Virus record (IMG/VR): IMGVR_UViG_3300032236_001613
Location: 264,069-328,068 of that record
Length of the DNA stretch: 64,000 nucleotides
Direction: 5' to 3' (one strand)
The notes below the pieces were generated by a model. The model made no database searches and had not been told where the DNA came from. It saw nothing but the letters and a program-made list of their open reading frames with translations. Below, one piece after another: positions 38,099-47,421 of the stretch; position 1 is the stretch's first letter, and every line of letters begins with the position of its first letter. The translations under genes and the position numbers were made by a program.

Positions 38099-40216
38099 AT
38101 GGCACCAGTATCGGGTACATTCGGAGATCAACAAGTAAATCTTGAAAATGCAGCTACAGAAGCTACATTACAAAAATTACTAGTTGCTATTACCGCAACT
38201 AGCAAAGAAGCTGCGGATGCTGTTGCTAAAATGGCAAAAAATGCTGGATTAGATCCAGAAAAAGTTAAACTTACAACAGCGTCTTTAACTGAATTAGAAA
38301 AATCTGCTGCTATTTTAGGTGGTGCATATGCTGGGTTAGAATACGCCAGTGATCAGTTAAAAGCTAAATTAACAGCCGCTGCAGGTCTTGTTGGTACTTT
38401 TACTTCTGGTACTGGCAAAGCTAGTGATTTATTTGGAGCTTTAGGAAAATTACCTGGACCTTTAGGCCTTGTCGGTACAGGATTTCAATTAGTATCTCAG
38501 TTTCAAGAACAACTTTTAAAAAGTTATCAAGAAATAAGTGCTTCGGGTGTTAATTTTAGCGGTAGTCTTATACAAATGCGAGTAGCTGCATCTAGCATGT
38601 ACTTGTCAATGGACCAGTTTAGTACTTTAGTAAAAAAGAATTCTGAATCATTTATTAATCTCGGCGGTGGAGTTGATAAGGGATTTCAAACTTTTTCTAG
38701 ATTAAGCAATAATTTGATTAATAGTCAACTAGGTGATCGTTTACTATCGTTAGGATATAGTTTTGAAGAAATAAATCAAGGATTAGCTAGCTATATCGGA
38801 ATGAGTGGACCACGTAGGGCCATAGACTTAGCTGATGAAAAAACTAAAGCAGCAATACTTACATCGTCGTCTGAATACTTAGAAAATTTAAATGCATTAT
38901 CTGAAATTACTGGTAAAAGTCGAGACAAACAGCAAGAAGAGCTAGATGCTGCTAGTAAAAATGCTGCTTTTCAAGCTAAACTAGCAACTATGTCGGAGGA
39001 CGAACGTAAAAAAGCATTAGCAGGAATGGCAAATGCATTAGCAATCGGTGGAAAAGGTGCTGTTGATGCGTTCCAATCTAAGTTAATGGGAATAGCACCA
39101 GATAAAGCCGGTGCCTTATTCCTTGCTACTGCAAGTAATGCAGCAAGAGTAGTTGAAGATTCTGTTGATATGGTTTATAATACTAGTATTGGTGTAAAAC
39201 AAATGGCTAGTACTACATTAAGAGAAGGGCTCAAAGCTGCTGGTCTTGATTTTCAAAAATTTTCTAATCAAACATTATATGCAATTATAAGACAAGGCGG
39301 ACCACTCGCTGATAGCTTACAGCAATTAGGGATTACAGCAAACAAAGCATCTACTATGACTGAAGAGCAAATACAGCAGATAATTGATAAAGCTGATGCC
39401 GATAGTAATGCTGCTGCCGAAGCTAGAGAAGCAGCCGAAAATCAAAAAGAAATTATGAAGATGGGACAAGAGTTATTAAAAGATTTAATGCCTATTTTCC
39501 GTGATTTAAAACCTTTAATACCTGGATTTTTAAGAAGTGTTACAGATATGATAGGGTTAATTAATAAAATTCCTGGTGGTTTAACAACATTGCTCGAAGC
39601 TATCGTAGCATTTTCTATTGGATCGAATGTGCTTAAAGGAGCATCTGCAGTTAAAAGTCTTATAAACGCCGGAGGTGCTGCTGCTGCTATTGGAAAAGAA
39701 GTTCCGGTTCTTACCGAAGCAGTTACTGCCGGTAAGGTTGCAACTAGCGCCGCTACCGGTACCGGGTTATTGGCTAAAGGCTCTGCTAAGTTGGGCGGTA
39801 AAATGCTATCTAAATTCATACCTGGTATTGGATTACTTGCTGGCGGAGCTGATGCCTATATGAGATTAGGAGAAGGAGATTATTTTGGAGCAGGACTAGC
39901 AGCAGCAGGAGGACTTGCCTCGTTAATACCCGGTGTTGGCGGAATAGTAGCAGCTGGATTTGACGTAGCAAATTTAGCAAGAGACTTGCATAAAAAGTCT
40001 GACGATAATAAAAAAGAAGAAAAATCCAAAAAAGATGATGCAAGCATACTTGATAATAAGGATGACGATATTAATAAAGAATTAATAACCGAATTAAAAC
40101 GGTTAAATACAATATCCGAAAATATGCTGCATACAATGCAACTAGTATCAAACGATATGAAACGCAGTGTTAGTGCTATTAATGGGTTAAACAAAAATTT
40201 ATATCCTGTGAGTTAA
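38099..40216 (+). CDS. Tape-measure-like protein
   Basis: Ala/Leu/Gly/Lys-rich and helical in composition, with Gly-rich hydrophobic C-terminal segments (IPGIGLLAGG...LIPGVGGIVAAG); adjacent to the chaperone pair. Confidence 0.6.
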   Translation: MAPVSGTFGDQQVNLENAATEATLQKLLVAITATSKEAADAVAKMAKNAGLDPEKVKLTTASLTELEKSAAILGGAYAGLEYASDQLKAKLTAAAGLVGTFTSGTGKASDLFGALGKLPGPLGLVGTGFQLVSQFQEQLLKSYQEISASGVNFSGSLIQMRVAASSMYLSMDQFSTLVKKNSESFINLGGGVDKGFQTFSRLSNNLINSQLGDRLLSLGYSFEEINQGLASYIGMSGPRRAIDLADEKTKAAILTSSSEYLENLNALSEITGKSRDKQQEELDAASKNAAFQAKLATMSEDERKKALAGMANALAIGGKGAVDAFQSKLMGIAPDKAGALFLATASNAARVVEDSVDMVYNTSIGVKQMASTTLREGLKAAGLDFQKFSNQTLYAIIRQGGPLADSLQQLGITANKASTMTEEQIQQIIDKADADSNAAAEAREAAENQKEIMKMGQELLKDLMPIFRDLKPLIPGFLRSVTDMIGLINKIPGGLTTLLEAIVAFSIGSNVLKGASAVKSLINAGGAAAAIGKEVPVLTEAVTAGKVATSAATGTGLLAKGSAKLGGKMLSKFIPGIGLLAGGADAYMRLGEGDYFGAGLAAAGGLASLIPGVGGIVAAGFDVANLARDLHKKSDDNKKEEKSKKDDASILDNKDDDINKELITELKRLNTISENMLHTMQLVSNDMKRSVSAINGLNKNLYPVS

Positions 40217-40219
40217 AAT

Positions 40220-41962
40220 ATGTCATGGAAACGTTACTTTACACCTGTTAATACCACAGGACAGATGAGTCCTGTAAGTCAATCAAGCCGTGCCAATCCT
40301 ACTAGAACTAATTATAGTTCTTATTTGCCCGATGTTTATAGCGGGCATCCTAATCGTTTAGAAAGATACGCACAGTATGATACTATGGACATGGATCCTG
40401 AAGTTAATGCTGCTTTTGACATTTTAGCTGAATTTTGTACACAAATGAACGATGAGAATGGTACTCCATTCCAAGTATTCTTCAAAGATCAAGCTACTAG
40501 CACCGAAGTTAAGATTATTAAGAAGTATATGCAGCAATGGTCTAAACTAAACAAGTTTGGAACACGTATTTTTAAGATTGTACGCAATACTTTTAAGTAT
40601 GGTGACTGCTTTTTTATTAGAGATCCCGAAACATTATCATGGTTTTACATAGATCCTAGTAAGGTTGATAAAGTTATTGTCAACGAAAGTGAAGGTAAAA
40701 AACCCGAACAGTATGTTATACGTGACATAAATGTTAATTTTCAAAATTTAACAGTAACACAGATTAATCCTAGCAATCAAAATACTACTCCTGGCGGCAC
40801 AGCATATGTTACAGGCGGTGCACAACAACGAGGAATGGTTGGTGCTTACCCACAAAGTGCTGGAAATCGTTTCCAAATCAATCAAAATCAATGGGCAATT
40901 GATGCAGAACATGTTATTCACCTTAGCTTAAGCGAAGGAATTGATAACAATTTTCCGTTTGGCAATAGTTTAATGGAAACAATCTTCAAAGTCTATAAAC
41001 AAAAAGAACTTTTAGAAGACGCTATTATTATATATCGTGTACAACGTGCACCAGAAAGACGTATATTCTACATTGATGTAGGTAACATGCCATCGCACTT
41101 AGCAATGAGCTTTGTAGAACGTGTTAAAAATGAAGTAAATCAACGACGTATTCCTAGTGTTACAGGTGGTGGACAAAGCGTTATAGACTCAGGTTTCAAT
41201 CCTTTATCTATTAACGAAGACTATTTCTTCCCACAAACTGCAGAAGGACGTGGAAGTAAGGTAACAACTTTACCTGGCGGCACAAATTTAGGTGAAATTA
41301 GCGATTTGCTATTCTTTACACAGAAATTAATGCGTGCATTGCGTATTCCTAGTAGCTATTTGCCTACAGGAACTAGCGATAGCGAAACTGTTTTTAGTGA
41401 TGGCAGAGTAGGTACAGCTTATATTCAAGAACTACGCTTTAACAATTACTGCGAGCGTTTACAAAGCTTAATGAATGAACAGTTTGATACTGAATTTAAG
41501 ATGTATTTGTACAAAAAGGGTATGAATATTGACCCTAACTTGTTCGAAGTTAAGTTTAATCCGCCACAAAACTTTGCTGCACATCGTCAAGTAGAAATGG
41601 ATACTGCTAGAGTTTCGACCTACGGAGCAATATCTGAAGTACCTCACTTAAGCAAACGTTTTGCTCTAAAGAGATTCTTAGGATTAACCGCAGAAGAAAT
41701 TGCAGAAAACGAACAAATGTGGCGAGAAGAAAATGTTGATGTTGATTCTAAAGGTGATGCACAAAGCGATTTACGCTCTGTTGGTATAACAAGTGCAGGG
41801 CTTGGTGGCGATTTAGATACATTAGGTGGCTCAGATTTGGGTCCAGAATCGTTGCAAAATGCAGACATGACCACACCTGGAGCATCTCCTGTAGGAACAA
41901 CTGCACCTGCTGGCGGAGCAGCAGCACCCGCTGGTGGCGGAGCAGCACCTCCTGCACCATAA
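40220..41962 (+). CDS. gp20: Portal protein, T4 gp20-like
   Basis: LLEDAIIIYRVQRAPERRIFYIDVGNMP, EDYFFP..EGRGS.V.TLPGG.NLGEI.D, AL.IP.S, ELRF..YC.RLQ. Confidence 0.95.
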   Translation: MSWKRYFTPVNTTGQMSPVSQSSRANPTRTNYSSYLPDVYSGHPNRLERYAQYDTMDMDPEVNAAFDILAEFCTQMNDENGTPFQVFFKDQATSTEVKIIKKYMQQWSKLNKFGTRIFKIVRNTFKYGDCFFIRDPETLSWFYIDPSKVDKVIVNESEGKKPEQYVIRDINVNFQNLTVTQINPSNQNTTPGGTAYVTGGAQQRGMVGAYPQSAGNRFQINQNQWAIDAEHVIHLSLSEGIDNNFPFGNSLMETIFKVYKQKELLEDAIIIYRVQRAPERRIFYIDVGNMPSHLAMSFVERVKNEVNQRRIPSVTGGGQSVIDSGFNPLSINEDYFFPQTAEGRGSKVTTLPGGTNLGEISDLLFFTQKLMRALRIPSSYLPTGTSDSETVFSDGRVGTAYIQELRFNNYCERLQSLMNEQFDTEFKMYLYKKGMNIDPNLFEVKFNPPQNFAAHRQVEMDTARVSTYGAISEVPHLSKRFALKRFLGLTAEEIAENEQMWREENVDVDSKGDAQSDLRSVGITSAGLGGDLDTLGGSDLGPESLQNADMTTPGASPVGTTAPAGGAAAPAGGGAAPPAP

Positions 41963-41964
41963 AA

Positions 41965-41972
41965 TATAAATA
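41965..41972 (+). promoter_or_regulatory. Late promoter TATAAATA, 5 nt before the ATG at 41978
   Basis: Exact T4 late consensus. Confidence 0.7.
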
Positions 41973-41977
41973 AGAAT

Positions 41978-42223
41978 ATGCTATTAAGAGAATTTGTATA
42001 CTTTGATGCAGACGAAGCCGGGATGAAAGAGAAGAATCGCTATGATTCCGATCATGATTTAAGCATCTTAAAGATGAGCGATCTTAGAAAAAGCCGTTTA
42101 ACTCTACGCATGTTAAACGATTTACGTAAAGCAGGCGATGCTAAAGAGAAAGAACAAAAAGAAGATCTAGAGCTAGTAAGAAAAATGTACGCAGCACCTG
42201 CACCACAACAAGGTGCAATGTAA
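41978..42223 (+). CDS. Small head-module protein
   Basis: Lies between portal and core genes; RKSRLTLRMLNDLRK...MY motif. Confidence 0.7.
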   Translation: MLLREFVYFDADEAGMKEKNRYDSDHDLSILKMSDLRKSRLTLRMLNDLRKAGDAKEKEQKEDLELVRKMYAAPAPQQGAM

Positions 42224-42361
42224 AATTATAAAAATTTGAGATTTTTCTATCTCAAAGACCAAAATCTTCAGTTTTTGGCCTATTTGGCATAAGTATTCTA
42301 CAATGTCTGTAAATAATAAACGACAGCCTTGCTAGTTTTTAAAACATAAGGAGACCACGCA

Positions 42362-43378
42362 ATGTCTAATAAATTTGAAAAGTTACTAGACTATCTAGTC
42401 AACGAAGAGCATGAAAAAGCTAACGAGCTTTTCCATGAGATCGTTGTAGAAAAGTCAAGATCAATCTACGAAAATCTAATTTCTGAAGAAGCTGATGACG
42501 AGGAAATGGACGAGTCACGCGAAGAAGATGACGAGGAAATGGACGAGTCACGCGAAGAAGATGACGAGGAAATGGACGAGTCACGCGAAGAAGATGACGA
42601 GGAAATGGACGAGTCAATGATGGACGACGAAGAAATGGATGAGTCAATGATGGACGACGAAAGCATGTACGAAATCGGCGGAGATGCATCCGACGATATG
42701 GTCGGTGACGTTTCAGATGATTCAATGGACGGCGGCATGGGCGGCATGGACGATATGCACGACCTAGGCGACGAACCAAGCCTTGGCACCGAATTAGGTA
42801 GCGAAGGTACAGAACAGAATTTACTTGATAAACTCGATCAGCTAGAAGCCAAGCTTGATGCAATCATTGCTGGTGAAAAGCATGAAGAAGAGGAAAATCC
42901 AGATATTCACGGTCATGAAATGGACAGTCTAACCACTAGCGACGAAGACGAATCGGACGATATGGATATGGATATGGACAGCGAAGAAGACAGTGAAGAA
43001 GAAGATGAAGAAGATATGGACGAACAGCTAGTACGTGAGTACAGAGAAATCGTTCGTAAAGGCAAAGATTACACAGCCGGAAGTCCAAACGAGGAAGGTA
43101 GTGTACATAAGAAGAGTGCTATTAACACCAATCTATCAAGTCTACCAAGTTCAAAAGCAAATGCTAAAAACATTGCTCAGAACGGTAAAGGTGATAGCGA
43201 AGACGGAAATAAGACCAATATGGGTCCTAATGCCAAGAGTCTTGCTGGTGGCGTAAAAGGTAAGTTTACTGACGGGTCGACATTAAATGTTGACGGAAAG
43301 CAAACTAAGGGTTACGACAAGAGCACTAAGAAGCCAGCTAAGGAAAAGAGCGTTAATAGTAAAGACGTTCTTCCATAA
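42362..43378 (+). CDS. Highly acidic prohead core / scaffolding-type protein
   Basis: D/E/M-rich; between portal and protease (the position of T4 gp67/gp68); TAAATA at 42310-15 and an AAGGAG RBS. Confidence 0.7.
   Translation: MSNKFEKLLDYLVNEEHEKANELFHEIVVEKSRSIYENLISEEADDEEMDESREEDDEEMDESREEDDEEMDESREEDDEEMDESMMDDEEMDESMMDDESMYEIGGDASDDMVGDVSDDSMDGGMGGMDDMHDLGDEPSLGTELGSEGTEQNLLDKLDQLEAKLDAIIAGEKHEEEENPDIHGHEMDSLTTSDEDESDDMDMDMDSEEDSEEEDEEDMDEQLVREYREIVRKGKDYTAGSPNEEGSVHKKSAINTNLSSLPSSKANAKNIAQNGKGDSEDGNKTNMGPNAKSLAGGVKGKFTDGSTLNVDGKQTKGYDKSTKKPAKEKSVNSKDVLP
42494..42661 (+). repeat. Coding tandem repeat: three perfect 33-bp units plus degenerate units (DDEEMDESREE)
   Basis: GATGACGAGGAAATGGACGAGTCACGCGAAGAA at 42494, 42527 and 42560; partial unit at 42593; then 30-bp variants. 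Confidence 0.95.
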
Positions 43379-43390
43379 TAAGGAACAGGG

Positions 43391-44020
43391 ATGAAATTAT
43401 CTTACTTAAGAGAGCATCTAAGTTTCGATCAGGCAAGAGTTGTACTTGAGTCTGACGATAAGGATGGCAAGAATCTTTATCTTAAAGGTATTGCCATCCA
43501 AGGCGGAATACGTAATGCAAATCAACGTGTTTATCCTGTCGAAGAAATTACCAATGCTGTCAAAACTCTAAATGATCAGATCCAAAATGGATACTCAGTA
43601 TTAGGTGAGGTTGATCATCCTGATGACCTTAAAGTTAATTTGGACCGCGTCAGCCATATGATTACAGATATGTGGATGGACGGTCCTAACGGATATGGGA
43701 AGATGAAAATTCTTCCCACTCCTATGGGCAATCTTATTCGTACCATGCTCGAAAGTGGTGTAAAACTAGGCGTCAGTAGCAGAGGCAGCGGCAACGTTGA
43801 CGAACGCACCGGCCAAGTAGCTGATTTTGAGATTATCACAGTCGATATAGTAGCTCAACCTTCTGCGCCAGGAGCTTATCCTACACCGGTTTATGAACAC
43901 TTAATGAACGCAAGAGGTGGTCATAGAGCTTATAGGGTCGCGCAAGAAAGTAAAGAAGATCCAAAAACTCAGCAGTATCTCCGTGAGGCGATGCTGAATA
44001 TTATTAAAGGTTTGAAATAA
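43391..44020 (+). CDS. gp21: Prohead protease, T4 gp21-like
   Basis: NANQRVYP, LGEVDHP, RVSH, GVSSRGSG and DIVAQPSAPGAY motifs. Confidence 0.95.
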   Translation: MKLSYLREHLSFDQARVVLESDDKDGKNLYLKGIAIQGGIRNANQRVYPVEEITNAVKTLNDQIQNGYSVLGEVDHPDDLKVNLDRVSHMITDMWMDGPNGYGKMKILPTPMGNLIRTMLESGVKLGVSSRGSGNVDERTGQVADFEIITVDIVAQPSAPGAYPTPVYEHLMNARGGHRAYRVAQESKEDPKTQQYLREAMLNIIKGLK

Positions 44021-44037
44021 CCTTAAAGGGAGATGTG

Positions 44038-45129
44038 ATGTTGGACGCATTCAAACAATTAGTAGAATCAGGCGTAATGACAGAAGAGACGAAATCAGTA
44101 GTCGAAGCTGCTTTTGCTGCTAAAATTCAAGAGAATCGCGATCAAATCACCGCTCAACTTCGTGAAGAATTTGCTCAAAAATATACACACGATAAGGGTG
44201 TTATGGTTGAAGCAATCGACAAGATGTTAAGCGAGAGATTGGCCGCCGAAATGGCTGAGCTTGTAGAAGATAAAAAGACACTAGTTCAGGCTAGTGTTGA
44301 TTATCAAAACAAAATGACTGATGATGCTAAAGTATTAGAATCATTTGTTATGAGCCAGCTAGGAAAAGAATTAGTAGAATTCCAAAGCGATCGTAAGAAA
44401 GTTGCTGAGAATTTTTCTAAATTAGAACAATTTGTTGTACATGCATTAGCTAAAGAAATTTCAGAATTTGCTCAAGACAAGAAAGACCTTGCTGAAACCA
44501 AAGTTAAACTTGTTAGAGAAGCTAAAGCAAAGTTTGAACAGATTAAAAACGAGTTTATTGAACGTGGTGCTAAAGTCGTTGAAAACGCAGTAACTAAGAA
44601 TCTTAATAGAGAGATCACTCAATTGAAAGAAGATATCGATAGTGCTCGTAACAACGAATTTGGACGTCGTTTATTTGAAGCATTTGCTAACGAATATTCA
44701 ACTTCTTATCTTAACGAAAAATCAGAAACAAGTAAATTGTTAAAGATTATCGAAAAGAAAGAACAAGAACTTTCCGAAGCAAAAACAGCTTTAAAAGAGA
44801 AAGAAACTATTGTTGAGTCAAAGGAACGCGAAATTCGTGTTGCTAAAGACACAGCAGAGCGTAAGGCTCTATTAGGCGAAATGTTAGCTCCATTAGGTGC
44901 TGACAAAAGAGAGATTATGCGCAGTCTATTAGAAAACGTACAGACTTCTAAATTGAGTGTTGCATTTGACAAATACCTACCCGCAGTGATGGAAGGCGAT
45001 AAGAAGAAAGTGGCGAAAGCTACTTTAACTGAGTCGACTGCTGTAACAGGCGATCGCGAAGTAAAGAGTCAGCCACAGGTAGGCTCAGATAACATTTTAG
45101 AGATCCGCAAGTTAGCGGGACTAAAGTAA
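44038..45129 (+). CDS. gp22: Prohead scaffold protein, T4 gp22-like
   Basis: Coiled-coil, E/K-rich; between protease and capsid genes. ATG 44038 is best spaced from the GGGAG RBS (alternative GTG at 44035). Confidence 0.8.
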   Translation: MLDAFKQLVESGVMTEETKSVVEAAFAAKIQENRDQITAQLREEFAQKYTHDKGVMVEAIDKMLSERLAAEMAELVEDKKTLVQASVDYQNKMTDDAKVLESFVMSQLGKELVEFQSDRKKVAENFSKLEQFVVHALAKEISEFAQDKKDLAETKVKLVREAKAKFEQIKNEFIERGAKVVENAVTKNLNREITQLKEDIDSARNNEFGRRLFEAFANEYSTSYLNEKSETSKLLKIIEKKEQELSEAKTALKEKETIVESKEREIRVAKDTAERKALLGEMLAPLGADKREIMRSLLENVQTSKLSVAFDKYLPAVMEGDKKKVAKATLTESTAVTGDREVKSQPQVGSDNILEIRKLAGLK

Positions 45130-45150
45130 CTATTATTCAAGGAGACATTA

Positions 45151-46326
45151 ATGTCACAGTTATTAAATGAAAGATGGTCCGAGACAAAGGAAGCTCTGCT
45201 TGAAGGCCTATCGGGTAATCGTCGTGCTTCTATGCAGGTTTGCTTAGAGAACACACGCAAGTACTTGGCAGAAGCCGCAACAGCAGGAGCAACAAGCTCT
45301 GGTAACGTAGCAACACTTAATCGTGTTATTCTACCAGTTATCAGACGTGTAATGCCAACAGTTATTGCCAACGAAATCATCGGCGTACAGCCAATGACAG
45401 GCCCTGTTGGGCAGATCCACACACTACGTGTACGTTACGCCGATGGCGACGGTACTGTAGTAGCTGGCGAAGAAGCACTAAGCCCATTCAAGATTGCTGC
45501 TGCTTACTCCGGTAACGGCGTTGACGGCACACCAAAAGCCGCTCAAACAGCACAACTTGAAGGTCAACCGGGTAAGAGAATGAGCATCCAGATTCTCAAA
45601 GCTCCAGTAGAAGCCAAGAGCCGCAAGCTCTCAGCTCGTTGGACATTTGAAGCTGCACAAGATGCACAGGCTCAACAAGGTATTGATATTGAAGCAGAAA
45701 TTATGGCAGCACTAGCTCAGGAAATCACTGTCGAAATCGACCAGGAAATCCTAACTTCACTACGTGGTTTAGCTTCAGTTGAACAGTCATATGACCAAAG
45801 TCTAGTTTCTGGTACAGCAACATTCGTCGGCGACGAACATGCTGCACTAGCAATTCAGATCAATCGCGTAAGCAACCTAATTGCACAGCGTACACGTCGT
45901 GGCGCAGGCAACTGGGCAGTTGTTTCAAACCAGGCTCTAACAATTCTACAGTCTGCAACTACAAGCGCATTTGCTCGTACAACAGAAGGTACATTTGAAG
46001 CCCCAACTAACACTAAGTTTGTTGGTACACTAAACGGTGCTATGAAGATCTATGTTGACAGCTACAAGGCTGACAGCGATGACAACAACCAGGTTCTAAT
46101 CGGATACAAAGGCACAAGCGAAGCTGACGCACCAGCGTTCTATTGCCCATACATTCCGCTAATGAGTTCTGGTGTTGTACTAGATCCAGCAACCTTCGAA
46201 CCAGTCGTAGGCTTCCTAACACGCTACGGTTATGTTGAACTCAGCAACACCGCAAGCAGCTTAGGTAACGCAGCTGACTACCTCGGTAAGGTCGCTATCG
46301 TAAGCGCAACAGTAAGCTTCAAGTAA
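45151..46326 (+). CDS. gp23: Major capsid protein, T4 gp23-like
   Basis: IRRVMP..IA.EIIGVQPMTGPVGQI, VEAKSRKL.ARWT.EAAQD, EI..EID.EI, RRGAGN, FYCPYIPL, F.P.VG..TRYG; GC-richer, biased codon usage. Confidence 0.97.
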   Translation: MSQLLNERWSETKEALLEGLSGNRRASMQVCLENTRKYLAEAATAGATSSGNVATLNRVILPVIRRVMPTVIANEIIGVQPMTGPVGQIHTLRVRYADGDGTVVAGEEALSPFKIAAAYSGNGVDGTPKAAQTAQLEGQPGKRMSIQILKAPVEAKSRKLSARWTFEAAQDAQAQQGIDIEAEIMAALAQEITVEIDQEILTSLRGLASVEQSYDQSLVSGTATFVGDEHAALAIQINRVSNLIAQRTRRGAGNWAVVSNQALTILQSATTSAFARTTEGTFEAPTNTKFVGTLNGAMKIYVDSYKADSDDNNQVLIGYKGTSEADAPAFYCPYIPLMSSGVVLDPATFEPVVGFLTRYGYVELSNTASSLGNAADYLGKVAIVSATVSFK

Positions 46327-46351
46327 TAAAATTACTTGTAAATTTACACAG

Positions 46352-46376
46352 AAAGCCCGCCCTGTGCGGGCTTTTT
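46352..46376 (+). terminator. Rho-independent terminator after the capsid gene
   Basis: AAAGCCCGC-CCTGT-GCGGGCTTT-TT. Confidence 0.9.
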
Positions 46377-46399
46377 GCTGATTGTCGATTAAATACAAC

Positions 46400-46603
46400 A
46401 TGAGAATAAACGAACTTATATTTGAAATCGGTGTAGGACAACCAAAAACATTTAAAGGTTCTACATGTACAAAAGATTGCTCGGGTCATACTGCAGGGTA
46501 TAATTGGGGTAAAAATAAAAATGTTAAAAATCCTAATAATTGCCCACCAGGCGGAAGCAAAAGTTTTAATAACGGCTGCAAAATTGCAGGTTCCGGTAAA
46601 TAA
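46400..46603 (+). CDS. Small Cys-rich late protein (67 aa)
   Basis: Start reassigned to ATG 46400, 4 nt after TAAATA at 46390-95; CTKDCSGH.AGY.W...C...SF..GC. Confidence 0.7.
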   Translation: MRINELIFEIGVGQPKTFKGSTCTKDCSGHTAGYNWGKNKNVKNPNNCPPGGSKSFNNGCKIAGSGK

Positions 46604-46608
46604 TAACA

Positions 46609-46678
46609 GTTCGCTCGAAAAGAGAGTTTATGCAGTACCCACTGCGTAGATCCTAGAACGATCTTATAAAATAAGGAG
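46609..46678 (+). promoter_or_regulatory. Structured 5' leader RNA candidate
   Basis: Three-way junction starting just after late promoter TAAATA (46597-602), plus a hairpin overlapping the AAGGAG RBS. Confidence 0.55.
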
Positions 46679-46684
46679 AAACAA

Positions 46685-47356
46685 ATGGGACGTCCGATTA
46701 AAAAGAGATTTTTTGCTGGCACAGCAGTTGTTGCTGACACTGCAGGTATGGGAGTTGTTGCACCAAACGGTGTTGCTATTCTTACAAGTGGTACTAATTT
46801 TACTATTGTACCGACAGTAACATTTAGCCAACCAGATATTTTAGGTGGTACAGTTGCAACTGGACACGTTACAGTTAACGGAGCTGGTAATCTTGCTAGT
46901 TTTGTTGTTGATTCTAGCGGTTCTGGTTATACATTAGATCCTGATATTGTGTTAACAGGTTCAACAGGAACAGGTGCAACATTTAGTGTTACATTAGCAG
47001 GAGTTAGTAATACAGGAAAAATTACAACTTCCGCATACTTACCGAGAAAGTCGTCTGTTGCTAGAACATCAACAATTCTAAAGCAAGAATCGAGTCATCG
47101 TTATCTTGTGCAAAACAGAGACGGTGACGGCATTTGTAAATTAACTGCATCTGGTAGTTTAACTGCTGGTCAAATGAGTATTACTGCAACTGATAGCGCA
47201 GGTGGTACATATTATGTAACAAAGTTAACATCTCGTAAAGCATTGTTAACTCCGATTAACGGAACACAGTTTCCTACTAACACTTATGCAAAATGGTTAC
47301 GTTCTAGTGACGGCTCGCCAGTTGCAAATGTTAGTGTAACTATTCCTGTTGCTTAA
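46685..47356 (+). CDS. Virion structural protein (head decoration or fibre-like)
   Basis: SGTNFT.VPTVTF and GSGYT.DP.I virion repeats; strong RBS; has its own promoter and terminator. Confidence 0.6.
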   Translation: MGRPIKKRFFAGTAVVADTAGMGVVAPNGVAILTSGTNFTIVPTVTFSQPDILGGTVATGHVTVNGAGNLASFVVDSSGSGYTLDPDIVLTGSTGTGATFSVTLAGVSNTGKITTSAYLPRKSSVARTSTILKQESSHRYLVQNRDGDGICKLTASGSLTAGQMSITATDSAGGTYYVTKLTSRKALLTPINGTQFPTNTYAKWLRSSDGSPVANVSVTIPVA

Positions 47357-47376
47357 TACGTTATTTTAAATAACAT

Positions 47377-47407
47377 AAAAATAGCTGCCTTGTGCAGCTA
47401 TTTTTTT
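47377..47407 (+). terminator. Rho-independent (bidirectional-type) terminator
   Basis: AAAAATAGCTGC-CTTGT-GCAGCTATTTTTTT. Confidence 0.9.
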
Positions 47408-47421
47408 GGTTAAATAAGAAT

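Noticed and set aside
42235-42352. Hairpins upstream of the core gene (TTTGAGAT/ATCTCAAA; CCAAAA/TTTTGG; CCTTG/TAAGG over the RBS)
   Set aside because: AT-rich, weak stems that could be a terminator or operator, but not distinguishable from chance without homolog comparison.
42494-42616. CRISPR-like array
   Set aside because: Units are directly adjacent with no spacers and are in-frame coding repeats.
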